Source: Bordetella sp.
Lineage (GTDB): Bacteria; Pseudomonadota; Gammaproteobacteria; Burkholderiales; Burkholderiaceae_B
Reading direction: 5' to 3'
Assembly: GCA_035628955.1 (NCBI GenBank)
Contig: DASPIV010000230.1
Span: 1-36,825 of the forward strand
DNA length: 36,825 nucleotides
Part shown: in pieces, positions 1 through 10,044 of the stretch
Numbering within the stretch: position 1 is the first letter of the stretch
Layout: every line of letters begins with the position of its first letter
Notes under the pieces: generated by a model
Databases searched by the model: none
What the model saw: only the letters and a program-made list of their open reading frames with translations
What the model was told of the DNA's origin: nothing
Position numbers and translations under genes: made by a program

Positions 1-134
1 AAAAAGGCGCCGTGCGCAAAATTGATCACTCCCAGCAGGCCGAAAGTGATGGACAGCCCGGCGGCGATCAACACATACAGGACGCCCAGTACGATGCCGT
101 TGGCCGCCTGGGACAGCACAATCTCATTGAACAC
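1..134 (-). CDS. Branched-chain amino acid-type ABC transporter permease (LivH family), 5' part only; runs off the window edge
   Basis: Not in the ORF track. Manual translation from GTG at 134 gives MFNEIVLSQAANGIVLGVLYVLIAAGLSITFGLLGVINFAHGAF, with the LivH-family G-L-S-x-x-F-G-x-x-x-x-I-N-F-A-H-G motif. GAGAG RBS upstream; directly follows the binding-protein gene. Confidence 0.9.
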   Translation of the reverse strand, partial: MFNEIVLSQAANGIVLGVLYVLIAAGLSITFGLLGVINFAHGAF

Positions 135-166
135 GGCTTACTCTCTCAAGGTGAAATGCGGCCCCA

Positions 167-1414
167 TCACCGTGCCGGCATGCTGCAGCCGACCTCTTCC
201 TTAGTGCCGAAATCGCGCAAGGTGTCTTCTTCGGTCTGGCTGGTATGGCCCACGATGTCGAAGAAATCCCATTTATCGGTGATGTCCTGCTTGATGCTTG
301 CGATCACAGATGGGCGGATCAACTGGTGGTCCCAGGTGCGGTAATAGGCAGGAAATGCGCCCTTGTCGTCTTTCCATTTCTCGAGCGCGGCAGCCACCGC
401 CGGGCCTTCCGTCGATTTGGCGGCATCGATCGCGTCCAGCAGCGAGCGCATCGACAGCCATCCCGAATAGGCCTTGTCCGCAGGCGGACGCCCATATTTT
501 TCGATGAACAGCTTGGTGAATTCCTTTTCGGCTTCGCTGTTGGCCGGGTCGTTGTAGTACCAGGGCTTGATATAGGTGCCCGTGGATGCCGCGGCGCCCA
601 CGTCCCAGAAATCGGTGTCGCTGACCGCGATTTCGTAGTACGGGATCTTGCCCTTCATGCCCATGGCATTCCAGGCTTTCAGGAAGTTCGACAGGTCTTG
701 TCCCACCAGCCCGCCCACAACGGCATCCGGCCGGGCGGCGCGGATCTTCAACACGTACGAGCTGTAGTCGGCGGTGTTCAGCGGCACCTCATCCGCGCCG
801 GCTTCCTGGCCGCCGTTGGCTTTCAGCATGGCGCGGCCGGTGCGCAGGATATCCTGCCCGAAGGCATAGGCCGGGGTAATGAAGTACACCTTCTTGCCCT
901 GCTTGTCGACGATGGGCATCAGGCCGGCCATCTGCACCGGCACCGTGGCCTGGAAACGAAAGGTGTACGCGTTGCAGTTGGCGCCGGTCACTTCCCTGGC
1001 CGCGGCCCCAGCCACCACCAACGGTGTCTTGGTGCGGGCGGCCACCCCCATCATCGCCAGGGCCGACGCGCTGCTGTTGGCGCCCACCACGCCGGCCACG
1101 CGATGCTCGTCAACCAGCTTCTGGAAATTCTGCTGCGCCAGCTGCGCATTCGGTTCATCCAGAAACACCACATCGACATCGCGGCCCAATACCTTGCCGT
1201 GCTGCTCGACAGCCAGCATCGCGCCGCGCGACAGGAACTCGCCGATCGACGCGCTCGGCCCTTGCTTGGGAAAGACCATACCTACCTTCACCGGCCCGCT
1301 GTCTTGTGCCCACGCCGCCATCGGGGCGCACATCAGCGCCGCGCACGCCAGTACCTTGGCCCGCATACCTGCCCGCCGTACCAGCCCGGTTGCAATTGAC
1401 TCGTTTCTGTCCAT
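167..1414 (-). CDS. ABC transporter substrate-binding protein (LivJ/LivK-like, periplasmic binding protein type 1)
   Basis: Start moved to ATG at 1414 (GGAG RBS upstream). Signal peptide ending AWA-Q, then VKVGMVFPKQGP, PAYAFG and DYSSYVLKI motifs. Confidence 0.88.
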   Translation of the reverse strand: MDRNESIATGLVRRAGMRAKVLACAALMCAPMAAWAQDSGPVKVGMVFPKQGPSASIGEFLSRGAMLAVEQHGKVLGRDVDVVFLDEPNAQLAQQNFQKLVDEHRVAGVVGANSSASALAMMGVAARTKTPLVVAGAAAREVTGANCNAYTFRFQATVPVQMAGLMPIVDKQGKKVYFITPAYAFGQDILRTGRAMLKANGGQEAGADEVPLNTADYSSYVLKIRAARPDAVVGGLVGQDLSNFLKAWNAMGMKGKIPYYEIAVSDTDFWDVGAAASTGTYIKPWYYNDPANSEAEKEFTKLFIEKYGRPPADKAYSGWLSMRSLLDAIDAAKSTEGPAVAAALEKWKDDKGAFPAYYRTWDHQLIRPSVIASIKQDITDKWDFFDIVGHTSQTEEDTLRDFGTKEEVGCSMPAR

Positions 1415-1473
1415 CTTTGTCTCCTTGTCTTTGATTGAAGATGTCGCCGCCCTACGAGCATCCGACACCCGCC

Positions 1474-2931
1474 TCACAATGCGGCCACCTGCTTTCCTGC
1501 CCTGCGTCCCGACACGAATGCCCACGCCAGGTGATGGCCGTGTCCTTTCAGCAGCAAGCCGCCCTGTCCGGTGGAACCCACCGCATACAGGCCGGGAATC
1601 GGCTGCCCGCGGTTGTCCAGGACGCGATGCGAAAGATCTACCTTGAGCCCTCCTTCGCTATGCACGAACACCGACCGAACCGGGCCCAGCGCCACGAATG
1701 GGCCGCTGGCCGACTGCCCTGCCATGGCTTGCTCCAGCAGCGCGCCGTCCATGTCCAGTTTGGCCGCCAGAGACCGCAGGCTCTCGGCACGGGCATAAAT
1801 ATCCTTGCGGTTTCGCGCATAGTCCGGCAGGTAGGCATAGGCAACGCCCGGCGCCGTGGAAATGAAATCTGGCCACGCAGAGAAGCGTTCGGCGACCTCG
1901 CGTCCGAACACGATCCAACCGCGCTTGCCCGGCTCATCGGCCAGGGCGTACGCCAATTGCCGGGGCGCCGCCTGCACGGCCTTGCCATGCTGGTTGACCA
2001 GCACGGCACCGGCCTCGAACAACCCCAGCGAAGGCGCCAGCGCCGTGGTCAGGAACTGCATCAGGAAAGGCCGTAGCAAGGCCTGGGGCATGTGGTCCAT
2101 CGACCACTGCATGAAAACGGCCAGCGCGCGCCAGGGCGGCAAGCGCCGCACCAGCGTTTCGCGGGCTGGCGGAATAAACCGCAATTCCGGCCCCAGGGCC
2201 AGGTCGCCGTTCAGCACCACCGCGCCCAGCGCTTCTGCCATGCGCTGGCCGTCGCCGGTAGCGGTCATGTTGATCGCCTCGACCTTGGCTTCGCGCGGTC
2301 CCATGAATCGCGCCTTCAGCGCCGGGCTGTTGGTAAAGTCGCCGGCGGCAAGAATGATGCCTTTGGTGGCGCTCACCGTATGCGGCTGGCCATCCAGGTC
2401 GATGTGCACCGCCGTCACCCGGCCGTTTTCCACCACCAGGTCTCGAACCAGCGCGTTGCAGCGGATCATGACGCCCGCGCGCCGTGCGCGCCGCTCCAGG
2501 TGATAGATGAATGAGCGGGAATTTGGCAGCACGTTGTGCATGCGCGGCTGGCGGTGCGGCGGCTCGGGCATGGGACCCATGAAGCGCACGCCGCTATCGA
2601 GCAGCCATTGGAACGCCGCAGGCACTTCGTCGCACAGGATCTTGCGCAATGCGTCGTTGTCGCGTGGGGCCAGGTCGCCCGCGAATCCTGGCATATCTTC
2701 CCAATGGTGCTGGGGCGTATCCACGATACCCTTGGCGCGCTGGTGCGGTGTCTGCGTGGCGGATACCGATCCGATGGACCAGGCGGTGGAACCGCCCAAT
2801 GCAGGGTTCTTTTCCAGCAGCATTACCCGCGCGCCCGCTTCCCTGGCCTCGATCGCTGCGGCCAGGCCGGCGCCGCCCCCACCCACCACCAGGACATCGA
2901 CCGTTTTGTCTATTCCGACGCTCATCGCCAT
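1474..2931 (-). CDS. FAD-dependent oxidoreductase, FAD_binding_2 family (fumarate reductase flavoprotein / 3-ketosteroid delta1-dehydrogenase / TcuA-like)
   Basis: DVLVVGGGGAGLAAA FAD-binding fold, LLEK..GGSTA, ATGDG, GGLKVD, IPGLYAVG and C-terminal SGRRAG. Confidence 0.85.
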   Translation of the reverse strand: MAMSVGIDKTVDVLVVGGGGAGLAAAIEAREAGARVMLLEKNPALGGSTAWSIGSVSATQTPHQRAKGIVDTPQHHWEDMPGFAGDLAPRDNDALRKILCDEVPAAFQWLLDSGVRFMGPMPEPPHRQPRMHNVLPNSRSFIYHLERRARRAGVMIRCNALVRDLVVENGRVTAVHIDLDGQPHTVSATKGIILAAGDFTNSPALKARFMGPREAKVEAINMTATGDGQRMAEALGAVVLNGDLALGPELRFIPPARETLVRRLPPWRALAVFMQWSMDHMPQALLRPFLMQFLTTALAPSLGLFEAGAVLVNQHGKAVQAAPRQLAYALADEPGKRGWIVFGREVAERFSAWPDFISTAPGVAYAYLPDYARNRKDIYARAESLRSLAAKLDMDGALLEQAMAGQSASGPFVALGPVRSVFVHSEGGLKVDLSHRVLDNRGQPIPGLYAVGSTGQGGLLLKGHGHHLAWAFVSGRRAGKQVAAL

Positions 2932-2946
2932 TGCTTTATGCGCCCC

Positions 2947-3669
2947 TCATACCAAGCCACCGTTGGGCTGCAAGATCTGCCCATGCACCCACGACGCCTT
3001 GTCCGAGGCCAGGAACGCTACCATTTGCGCCACTTCGTCGGGCGTGCCGATGCGATTGAACGGGCTCATCGCCGCCGAGCGCTGCTTGGCCTCGTCGGTC
3101 TTGCCCGCGCGAAACAGGTCGGTATCGACCGGACCTGGCGCCACGGCGTTGACCCGCACCCCCCGACCAGCCAGCTCTTTGGCCATGGCACGCACCAGGC
3201 ATTCGACCGCAGCCTTCGATGCGCTGTACGGACCCAGGCCAGGTGCCGCGTAGCGCACCAGCGAGGTCGTCAGCGCCACGATGGCGCCGCCATCGGCCAC
3301 CTGCTGCCCGGCATGGCGCAGAATATTGAACGCGCCGACGATGTTCACCTCGATCAACTTGCGGAAGTTGTCGGTGTCGAACTGATGCACCGGCCCCGGA
3401 GGGACATTGACGCCCGCGTTGGCCACGACGCAATGCGGGCGGTTACCGAAGTCGCGCACCACGCTGTCGAACACCGCTTCCACCTGGGCATCATCAGCGA
3501 TATCGGCCTGGTAGAACGCCACCCGGCCGCCCCCACTTGCCGCGGGCTTTGCGGGTTTGCTCGACACATAGGTGCACGCGACATCGAAACCATCGTTGGC
3601 CAGGGCCTGAACGCAGGCCGCGCCGATACCGCGAGATCCACCAAACACTAAAGCCACTTGCTTGCTCAT
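2947..3669 (-). CDS. Short-chain dehydrogenase/reductase (FabG-like)
   Basis: GGSRGIG, NAG, YSASK catalytic motif, VNAVAPG. Confidence 0.92.
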   Translation of the reverse strand: MSKQVALVFGGSRGIGAACVQALANDGFDVACTYVSSKPAKPAASGGGRVAFYQADIADDAQVEAVFDSVVRDFGNRPHCVVANAGVNVPPGPVHQFDTDNFRKLIEVNIVGAFNILRHAGQQVADGGAIVALTTSLVRYAAPGLGPYSASKAAVECLVRAMAKELAGRGVRVNAVAPGPVDTDLFRAGKTDEAKQRSAAMSPFNRIGTPDEVAQMVAFLASDKASWVHGQILQPNGGLV

Positions 3670-3724
3670 GGTTCATCCCTTTCTGTTCCGCCACCATTCG
3701 CGGTGACGCGTTGATATTCATGCT

Positions 3725-3874
3725 TGCGTCATCGCCCCGGCCCGGCTGCTCGACCTTGATCACCTCGGCTCCCAGGTCACCCAGTATCTGGGTGCCCCAC
3801 GGCCCCGAGAAAACCCGGCTCAGGTCCAGGATGCGAAGGCCTTTGAAAGGACGCTTATCGACGCTAGCTTCCAT
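3725..3874 (-). pseudogene. N-terminal remnant (~50 codons) of a class III CoA-transferase (CaiB/BaiF family)
   Basis: [41 protein letters not shown] is the family N-terminal signature. Similarity stops there, and only ~55 bp remain before the next gene, whereas the family is ~400 aa. Confidence 0.85.
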
Positions 3875-3875
3875 A

Positions 3876-5663
3876 TCAGGCCACCCATGGCTTGCCGAAC
3901 GCCGGCTCGGTATATGGAATGGGCGGCAACTGCCACGTTCCGGTGGAAGGCGGGCGGATCTCGCTATCGACGTGTACGTCGATCACGCACGGGCGGCGAT
4001 TCTTCACCGCCTGCTCCACGGCGGCCGCCAGGTCTTCGCTGCGCGTGATCGTGACGCCGTCGGCGCCGCAAGCGCGCGCCCAGGCGGCGAAATCGGGGTT
4101 ATAGCGTTCGCCGCCCGGACCCTGGCTGCCCTTGTAGAAAGCAGTACCCATTTCGCGGCCCTGGAACAGGCCGTATTGCAGATCGCGTATCGCCCCCCAC
4201 GCGAAGTTGTTCCAGACGATCCATACGCAAGGCAGCTGGTATTCGACCGCCGTGGCCACCACATAGGGCGCCATCATGAAGCCGCCATCGCCCACCACCG
4301 CCACGCAAGGGCGCTCGGGCGCGGCAAGCTGCGCCCCCAGCACGCTGCATACGCCGAAGCCCATCGATGAGTAGCCCCAGCTATTGAGCATGCTGGCCGG
4401 ACGTCGCGCCTGCCAGAACTGCATGAACCAATTGTGATGCACGCCTGAATCGAGTGTCAGAATCACATCTTCCGGCAGCGCTTTCTGCAGCGTACCCACC
4501 ACGTACTCAGGCCTTATGGGCGTGGTGATGGCATCGAAATTGGGGCGCACGAACGCTTGCCATTCTTTGCACCAGTCCGCCAATTGCGCGCGCCACGCGA
4601 TGAAGTTTTCTCGCTGAATATCACGCCGGCCGGCCAATGCACCCAGCAGTTGTTGGCAGAAAACCTTGGCGTCCGCAATCACGCCCAGCGTGGGCGGATA
4701 GTTCCGGCCCAGCTCGACGGGATCCAGATCGACCTGCAGCAAGCGAGTAGCCGGGAAGTTCCACGAGTACCCCGGCATCCAGGTCGACGATGACCGATCG
4801 TCGAAGCGTGTGCCTACGCAAATGACCAGATCCGCATGGCGGCCGGCCTGGTTGGCGGGGTATGCGCCATTGCGGCCGATGAACCCCAGTGTCAGCGGGT
4901 CATCCGCCGGTACGCAGCCCATGCCGTTGGGCGAGGTGATCACTGGAATGCCCAGCCTGGCTTGCAATTCGGTAAGGGCCGGGCCGGCACCGGCCAGCGT
5001 GGCGCCCTGGCCGATGAAGAAGACCGGGCGCCGTGCTGCGGCGATCAGTTCCAGGGCCGCAGCCAGGTCGGCTTCGCTCAGCGCGGGCCGATGTGCTCCG
5101 AAGGCCGGCGTGGCCGGCGGCGTGGCCACATCGTCTTCCTCCTGGAACACGTTATAGGGAATGTCCATGTTCACAGGGCCAGGGCGCCCCGTCAGCATGG
5201 TGTCGAACGACTGCCGCAACGCCAGGGGCAGCATGTCCACGCGTGACGGCTGGAAGCTGCGCTTGACGACCGGCCGCAGCACCTGGGCAAAATCGGCCTG
5301 ATTGTGCTTGTACAGTTCCTGGAACGGCGCCCGGTTGGCCTGCGAGGTCGGTACGTTGGCCGTGATGGCAAGGAAGGCCGAAGAATCGGAAAGCGCTGTA
5401 GCCAGCGACATGACCATATTGGCCGACCCCGGGCCCGTAGAGGTCAGCGTGGCCACGGGAGCGTGCTTTACCCGGAAATACCCATCGGCCATATGGCCCG
5501 CGCACTGCTCATGGCGCGGCGATACGTACTTGATCTCATCCTTGCGCTCGTACAAGGCATCCAGGATGCCGACATTGCCATGACCGCAAATGCCGAACAC
5601 ATACGGCATTTTCTGCTTGATCAAGTAGTCGACAATGATTTCCCCACCCTTACGACTTGCCAT
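3876..5663 (-). CDS. Thiamine-diphosphate-dependent enzyme (acetolactate synthase-like superfamily), probably catabolic
   Basis: RHEQ with the ThDP-activating Glu, TGPG, RPGPV, and the GDGGF...NN ThDP/Mg motif. N-terminal GICGHGNVG. Confidence 0.9.
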   Translation of the reverse strand: MASRKGGEIIVDYLIKQKMPYVFGICGHGNVGILDALYERKDEIKYVSPRHEQCAGHMADGYFRVKHAPVATLTSTGPGSANMVMSLATALSDSSAFLAITANVPTSQANRAPFQELYKHNQADFAQVLRPVVKRSFQPSRVDMLPLALRQSFDTMLTGRPGPVNMDIPYNVFQEEDDVATPPATPAFGAHRPALSEADLAAALELIAAARRPVFFIGQGATLAGAGPALTELQARLGIPVITSPNGMGCVPADDPLTLGFIGRNGAYPANQAGRHADLVICVGTRFDDRSSSTWMPGYSWNFPATRLLQVDLDPVELGRNYPPTLGVIADAKVFCQQLLGALAGRRDIQRENFIAWRAQLADWCKEWQAFVRPNFDAITTPIRPEYVVGTLQKALPEDVILTLDSGVHHNWFMQFWQARRPASMLNSWGYSSMGFGVCSVLGAQLAAPERPCVAVVGDGGFMMAPYVVATAVEYQLPCVWIVWNNFAWGAIRDLQYGLFQGREMGTAFYKGSQGPGGERYNPDFAAWARACGADGVTITRSEDLAAAVEQAVKNRRPCVIDVHVDSEIRPPSTGTWQLPPIPYTEPAFGKPWVA

Positions 5664-7129
5664 TACTGCTCTCCTGATCCGGTATCCGGGATGAAGGTGA
5701 CCACGCGCTCTTCACTCATCTCGCGCATGGCGTAGTACGGACCTTCCCGCCCAAAACCACTGGCCTTGGATCCGCCGTAAGGCATCATATCCACGCGTGA
5801 ACTCGAGGTCTCGTTGATATGCACGCCACCCACACGCAATTCGCGCGCGAGCCGGAAGGCATCGTCCAAGCGGTTGGTGAAGGCACCCGTCGCCAGGCCA
5901 TAGGGCGTGGCGTTGACCCGCGCTATGGCTTCGTCCAGATCCGAGAATGGGATCAACGACATCACGGGGCCGAAGACCTCCTGGCAGCCCAGCGCCATAC
6001 TGTCGTCGACGCCTTTGAGTAGCGTGGGCGTAATGACATTGCCCTGCCGCCTGCCCCCGGCCAGGCAGGTGGCACCGCCCTTGACTGCAAGGTCTATCCA
6101 GTTTTCGATGCGCTCTGCCGAAGCCGTACTGATCACCGGACCCACGAAGTTCGCCGGCTCAAAAGGGTCTCCGGCAGCCAGAAGACGTACCTTCTCCGTC
6201 AGGCGCCGCTCTACTTCCGAGAACGCGCGCTCATGCACCAGCAGCATCTGGATCGATGTGCACACTTGCCCCGCCTTGCGATAGGCCGCGTTGATGATCC
6301 GGCCCAACGCGAAATCCAGATTGGCGTCATCGCACACGATGCCAAAGGCGATCGAACCCAATTCCATCTGGGTGCGACGTAGTCCCGCACGTTGCTGGAT
6401 GGCACGCCCCGCCTCGGTGCTACCCGTGAATGCGTAGAAGTTGATGTCGGGCTGATCCAGCAAACCCTGCACGACCTCGGCGCCGCCATGCAGTACCGAA
6501 ACCATCGCTCGGGGCAGGCCCGCTTCGATCAACGCGTCGGCCATCTCGCAGGCCACCAGGGGGGTATGTGGCGAAGGCTTCAGAATCACGGCATTCCCCG
6601 CGGCCAGCGCCGGCGCCACCTTGTGCGCCACGGTATTCAGCGGGGCATTGAACGGCGTGATGGCGCATACGACGCCCAGGGGCACCTGCACGGTCCAGCA
6701 CACTCGGCCCGTTTGGCCTGACGCCCCTTCTATGGGCACCAGGCTGCCGGTGAACCGGCGCGCTTCCTCGGCCGACAGGCGAAACGTCTGGATGGTGCGC
6801 CGTATTTCACCTGCGGCATCATTCAGCGTAAAACCCGCCTCGATGCACAGCAAGCGCTGCAAGCGGTCACTGCGCTGTTCCAGCACGGCCGCCGCTTTTT
6901 CAAGCAGTAGCCCACGATCATACGGACCAAGTTTGCTGGCGCGATAAGCCTGCGCCGCCGCCTGGACCGCTGCCTGGATCTGGGCGACGCTGGGGATGCC
7001 GATTTCAGCTACGCACTGATTGTCGTACTTGTTCAGTACCTCGAACGAGCCCGCCTGACCCTGTACCCATTCGCCGGCAATCAGCAAGCCCCGCCGCGTT
7101 TCGATCTCGTGCGTACCATGCACTTCCAT
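5663..7129 (-). CDS. NAD(P)-dependent aldehyde dehydrogenase
   Basis: ITPFNAP, LKPS, FTGSTEAG, ELG, GQVC (catalytic Cys), EVFGP, YGGSKASGFGREG. Stop overlaps the next start. Confidence 0.93.
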   Translation of the reverse strand: MEVHGTHEIETRRGLLIAGEWVQGQAGSFEVLNKYDNQCVAEIGIPSVAQIQAAVQAAAQAYRASKLGPYDRGLLLEKAAAVLEQRSDRLQRLLCIEAGFTLNDAAGEIRRTIQTFRLSAEEARRFTGSLVPIEGASGQTGRVCWTVQVPLGVVCAITPFNAPLNTVAHKVAPALAAGNAVILKPSPHTPLVACEMADALIEAGLPRAMVSVLHGGAEVVQGLLDQPDINFYAFTGSTEAGRAIQQRAGLRRTQMELGSIAFGIVCDDANLDFALGRIINAAYRKAGQVCTSIQMLLVHERAFSEVERRLTEKVRLLAAGDPFEPANFVGPVISTASAERIENWIDLAVKGGATCLAGGRRQGNVITPTLLKGVDDSMALGCQEVFGPVMSLIPFSDLDEAIARVNATPYGLATGAFTNRLDDAFRLARELRVGGVHINETSSSRVDMMPYGGSKASGFGREGPYYAMREMSEERVVTFIPDTGSGEQ

Positions 7130-7260
7130 TGCCGTTCGCCTCTTCCTTCACATTGACCGAAAGAAGAATACGCGCGGGTAAACGCGAAGAAATAATACTG
7201 TTTTCCATTGACGGGCATAAGTAGAATGAATACCCCAAGACCGATGTCCCGCCCGCGCAC

Positions 7261-8214
7261 ATGGAATTACGTCAGCTACGCTCTTTCATCCAGATCATCG
7301 AAAGCGGAAGCCTGACCAAAGCGTCACGCCAGCTTTATATTGCCCAGCCTGCGCTCAGCCAGCAGATTGCCAAGCTGGAAAGCGAAGTAGGCCGGCCGCT
7401 GCTGCTGCGTTCGGCCAAAGGGGTGATTCCCACCGAGCATGGCCGTGCCCTGTACAACCATGCCCGCCTGATGCTCAGGCAGCATGAACAGGCGCTTTCC
7501 ATCGTCCGCCAGGAAACCCCCCACATACAAGGTATGGTGTCGCTTGGGCTGGCTCCCACCACGCTTAGTGCGCTGGGCCTGCCGCTGGTGCGATGGGTAA
7601 GAGAACGCTATCCGCACGTGGTATTGAACGTGGTCGAAGGCATGAGCGGGCACCTGGCCCAGATGATGCGTCTGCGCCAGCTGGATCTGGCCATCCTGTT
7701 CAACCGCAATGCGCTGCCCGACCATGAGCCCACGCCGCTACTGCGCGAAGAACTGTTCGTGCTGGCCGCGGCAAGTTCGCCCCTGATCCCAAAAGGCCGC
7801 AAGCACCTGACACTGGCCGAGGCGGCCGCGTTGCCCATGATCCTTCCCACCGGTTCGCATGGCTTGCGGCGCTTGATCTCCTCGGTGTTCGAGCAGCGCA
7901 ACCTGACCATGAACATTATTGCCGAGATCGATTCGCTGTCCCTGCTGATGGACTGCGTGTATGAAGGCATGGGCGTCACTATCAAGCCCATGGCGGCAGT
8001 CCTGTCTCAGCGGCAGCTGTCGCGCAGTTGGCGCGCTTATTCCATCTCGGACGCGCAGCTGGTGCGAGGCAATTACATCTATTCGCTGGCCAGCGAGGTA
8101 TTCTCGCCATCGGCGTCGGTTATCGCCGAGGAAATCAGGTCGGTTACCGCCGACCTCGTCGAGCAGAACAAATGGCAGGGCGTGCAACTGCTGGAAGAGC
8201 CCAGCCTGGGCTAG
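7261..8214 (+). CDS. LysR-family transcriptional regulator (Nac/TcuR-like)
   Basis: MELRQLRSF...SLTKASRQLYIAQPALSQQIAKLE HTH; divergent from the ALDH operon. Confidence 0.93.
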   Translation: MELRQLRSFIQIIESGSLTKASRQLYIAQPALSQQIAKLESEVGRPLLLRSAKGVIPTEHGRALYNHARLMLRQHEQALSIVRQETPHIQGMVSLGLAPTTLSALGLPLVRWVRERYPHVVLNVVEGMSGHLAQMMRLRQLDLAILFNRNALPDHEPTPLLREELFVLAAASSPLIPKGRKHLTLAEAAALPMILPTGSHGLRRLISSVFEQRNLTMNIIAEIDSLSLLMDCVYEGMGVTIKPMAAVLSQRQLSRSWRAYSISDAQLVRGNYIYSLASEVFSPSASVIAEEIRSVTADLVEQNKWQGVQLLEEPSLG

Positions 8215-8237
8215 GCTCGCCACGTTCCGCTGAGGGT

Positions 8238-9002
8238 TCAGTGATCCGACCCGTTGCCGCTGGCCATGTCCCATACTGCTTGCGAAATGGGCTGTTCGCG
8301 CTCTTCGATGATATGGGCGATCAGGCCTGCCACGCGGCCGATCAGCGTCATACCCTTGCCGAACTCGGGGCTGAGTTCCATGTCGAGCAGCACGGCGGCC
8401 TTGGCGCCGGTGGCGTTCAAAGGCACCGGCCTGCCAAAGACCCGGGTCGCCGCCGCGGCCAGGGCCAGGGCGTAGCGGCAGTGCTTGCCGTGGTAGCCGC
8501 AATCGGCGGCCACGGCAAGAATCTTGTTGCAACGCGGATCGCCACCCACATGGATGGGATGCCCGATACCCGGAATGCGCCGCCGCGCTTCGCGCTCGCG
8601 CGCCACCACCCGTTCAGCGTGGGCATCGCGCGCAGCCGCGTCGTCATCCGCGCCTGCAAAATCTGCAACCGCCTGCTGCAGGAAGCGCGCGGCGTATTCC
8701 ACTACCCCCAGATAACGGCTGCCCGCGCCCAGGATGCCGGCGGCCACCGCGCCCTGCATCGACTCGGGTGCGCCATGCAGGGTCAGGCGCGTGGCCAGGG
8801 CGCTGGGGGTCAGGCCATGGTCGGCCGCCGTCACCAGGAACATATTGATCATGCGGCGCTGGTTCGCGTCCGGAAAGCTGCCCAGCACGGTCAGGCAAAG
8901 AACGTCGACGAAATCGCGCTGGTCGATCAGGTCGTCGACCAGGTCGTAGCCGCGGATGGTGATGTGGTCGGCGTCGCCGCCACCGATATTGCTCTTGAAC
9001 AT
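8238..9002 (-). CDS. Citryl-CoA-lyase-like protein (short citrate synthase fold)
   Basis: True start MFKSNIGG at 9002 lies within the longer ORF. Motifs ITIRGYDL, DHGLTPSA, IPGIGHPIH, DPR, R.AGLIAH..EE; 254 aa. Confidence 0.85.
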   Translation of the reverse strand: MFKSNIGGGDADHITIRGYDLVDDLIDQRDFVDVLCLTVLGSFPDANQRRMINMFLVTAADHGLTPSALATRLTLHGAPESMQGAVAAGILGAGSRYLGVVEYAARFLQQAVADFAGADDDAAARDAHAERVVAREREARRRIPGIGHPIHVGGDPRCNKILAVAADCGYHGKHCRYALALAAAATRVFGRPVPLNATGAKAAVLLDMELSPEFGKGMTLIGRVAGLIAHIIEEREQPISQAVWDMASGNGSDH

Positions 9003-9034
9003 GTGCTTTCCTTGTTGATGGTGGCCGGCCCGGC

Positions 9035-10015
9035 TTATTCGAGCCGCGCGCCCGATTGCGCGACGACGTCCTTCCAGCGCGGCACTTCCTGTTCGACGAA
9101 CCGCTGGAAGTCGGCGTCCGACAAGCCCATGGGGAAGCTGCCGATGGCGGCCATCGAGGCCACGACATCGGGCGCCTCGGTGGCGCTCTTGATCGCCGTG
9201 GCCAGCTTGGCCACGACGGCGTCCGGCGTGCCCGCCGGCACGAACACGCCCGACCACCCTTCCAGCGCGGCGTCCGGATAACCGGCTTCGGCCATGGTGG
9301 GTACGTCGGGCATGACGTCCAGCCGGCTCTTGCCCGCCACCGCCAGGGCCCGCAGTTTGCCGGCCTGGATGTGCTGCCCCACCGATTCGGGGTAGCTGAA
9401 CATGATCTCGACATTGCCGGCCAGCACATCGGCCAGCGCAGGTCCGGCTCCCTTGTATGGGATATGCGTCAAGCTGATGCCGGCGGCCGATTGCAGTCGG
9501 GCGGCCGCCAGATGGGTCTGGGTACCCGAGCCGGCCGACGCATAGTTGACCGCGCCGGGGCGCTGCCGGGCCGCCTGGACCAGGTCCTGCAAGTTGCGGT
9601 ACGGCGTGCCGGCATTGGCAACCAGCACGGTCGACTGGCGAAATAGCGAATGCACGGCGCGCAAGTCCTTGGGCGGGTCGATGCGTACGTGATCGAACAG
9701 TGCCAGGTTGGCCGCCTGCGTTCCATGGGTACCGTACAGCAAGGTATAGCCATCCGGCTTGGCATGCGCCACCGCCTCGGCACCGATCATGCCGCTGGCA
9801 CCGGGCCGGTTTTCCACTACTACCGGCTGGCCCAGACTGTCGGCCAGCTTGCGGGCCAGCAGGCGCGATTGGTTGTCGGATATGCCGGCGGCCGCGAACG
9901 GCACCACCAGGGTGATGCTGCGGGCCGGATAGTCCTGCGCATGGGCGAGCGGCGCGGCCAGCATGGCGCCTGCCGATACGAGCGCAGCCGTGATGGCTCG
10001 AGTCCAGTGTTGCAT
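9035..10015 (-). CDS. Bug/TctC-family tripartite tricarboxylate transporter substrate-binding protein
   Basis: Signal peptide, YPARSITLVVPFAAAG, VENRPGASG, PDGYTLL, HIPYKG, DVPTMAEAG. Confidence 0.93.
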   Translation of the reverse strand: MQHWTRAITAALVSAGAMLAAPLAHAQDYPARSITLVVPFAAAGISDNQSRLLARKLADSLGQPVVVENRPGASGMIGAEAVAHAKPDGYTLLYGTHGTQAANLALFDHVRIDPPKDLRAVHSLFRQSTVLVANAGTPYRNLQDLVQAARQRPGAVNYASAGSGTQTHLAAARLQSAAGISLTHIPYKGAGPALADVLAGNVEIMFSYPESVGQHIQAGKLRALAVAGKSRLDVMPDVPTMAEAGYPDAALEGWSGVFVPAGTPDAVVAKLATAIKSATEAPDVVASMAAIGSFPMGLSDADFQRFVEQEVPRWKDVVAQSGARLE

Positions 10016-10044
10016 CTGGGTTGCTCCTGTGCGGATGATGGGTT

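Noticed and set aside
3494-3874. 126-aa ORF as a functional small CoA-transferase
   Set aside because: Only ~50 residues are homologous, and the rest runs out of frame into the SDR gene.
3876-5663. Biosynthetic acetolactate synthase large subunit (ilvB/ilvI)
   Set aside because: No small subunit or ilvC nearby, the context is catabolic, and the N-terminal motif is atypical.
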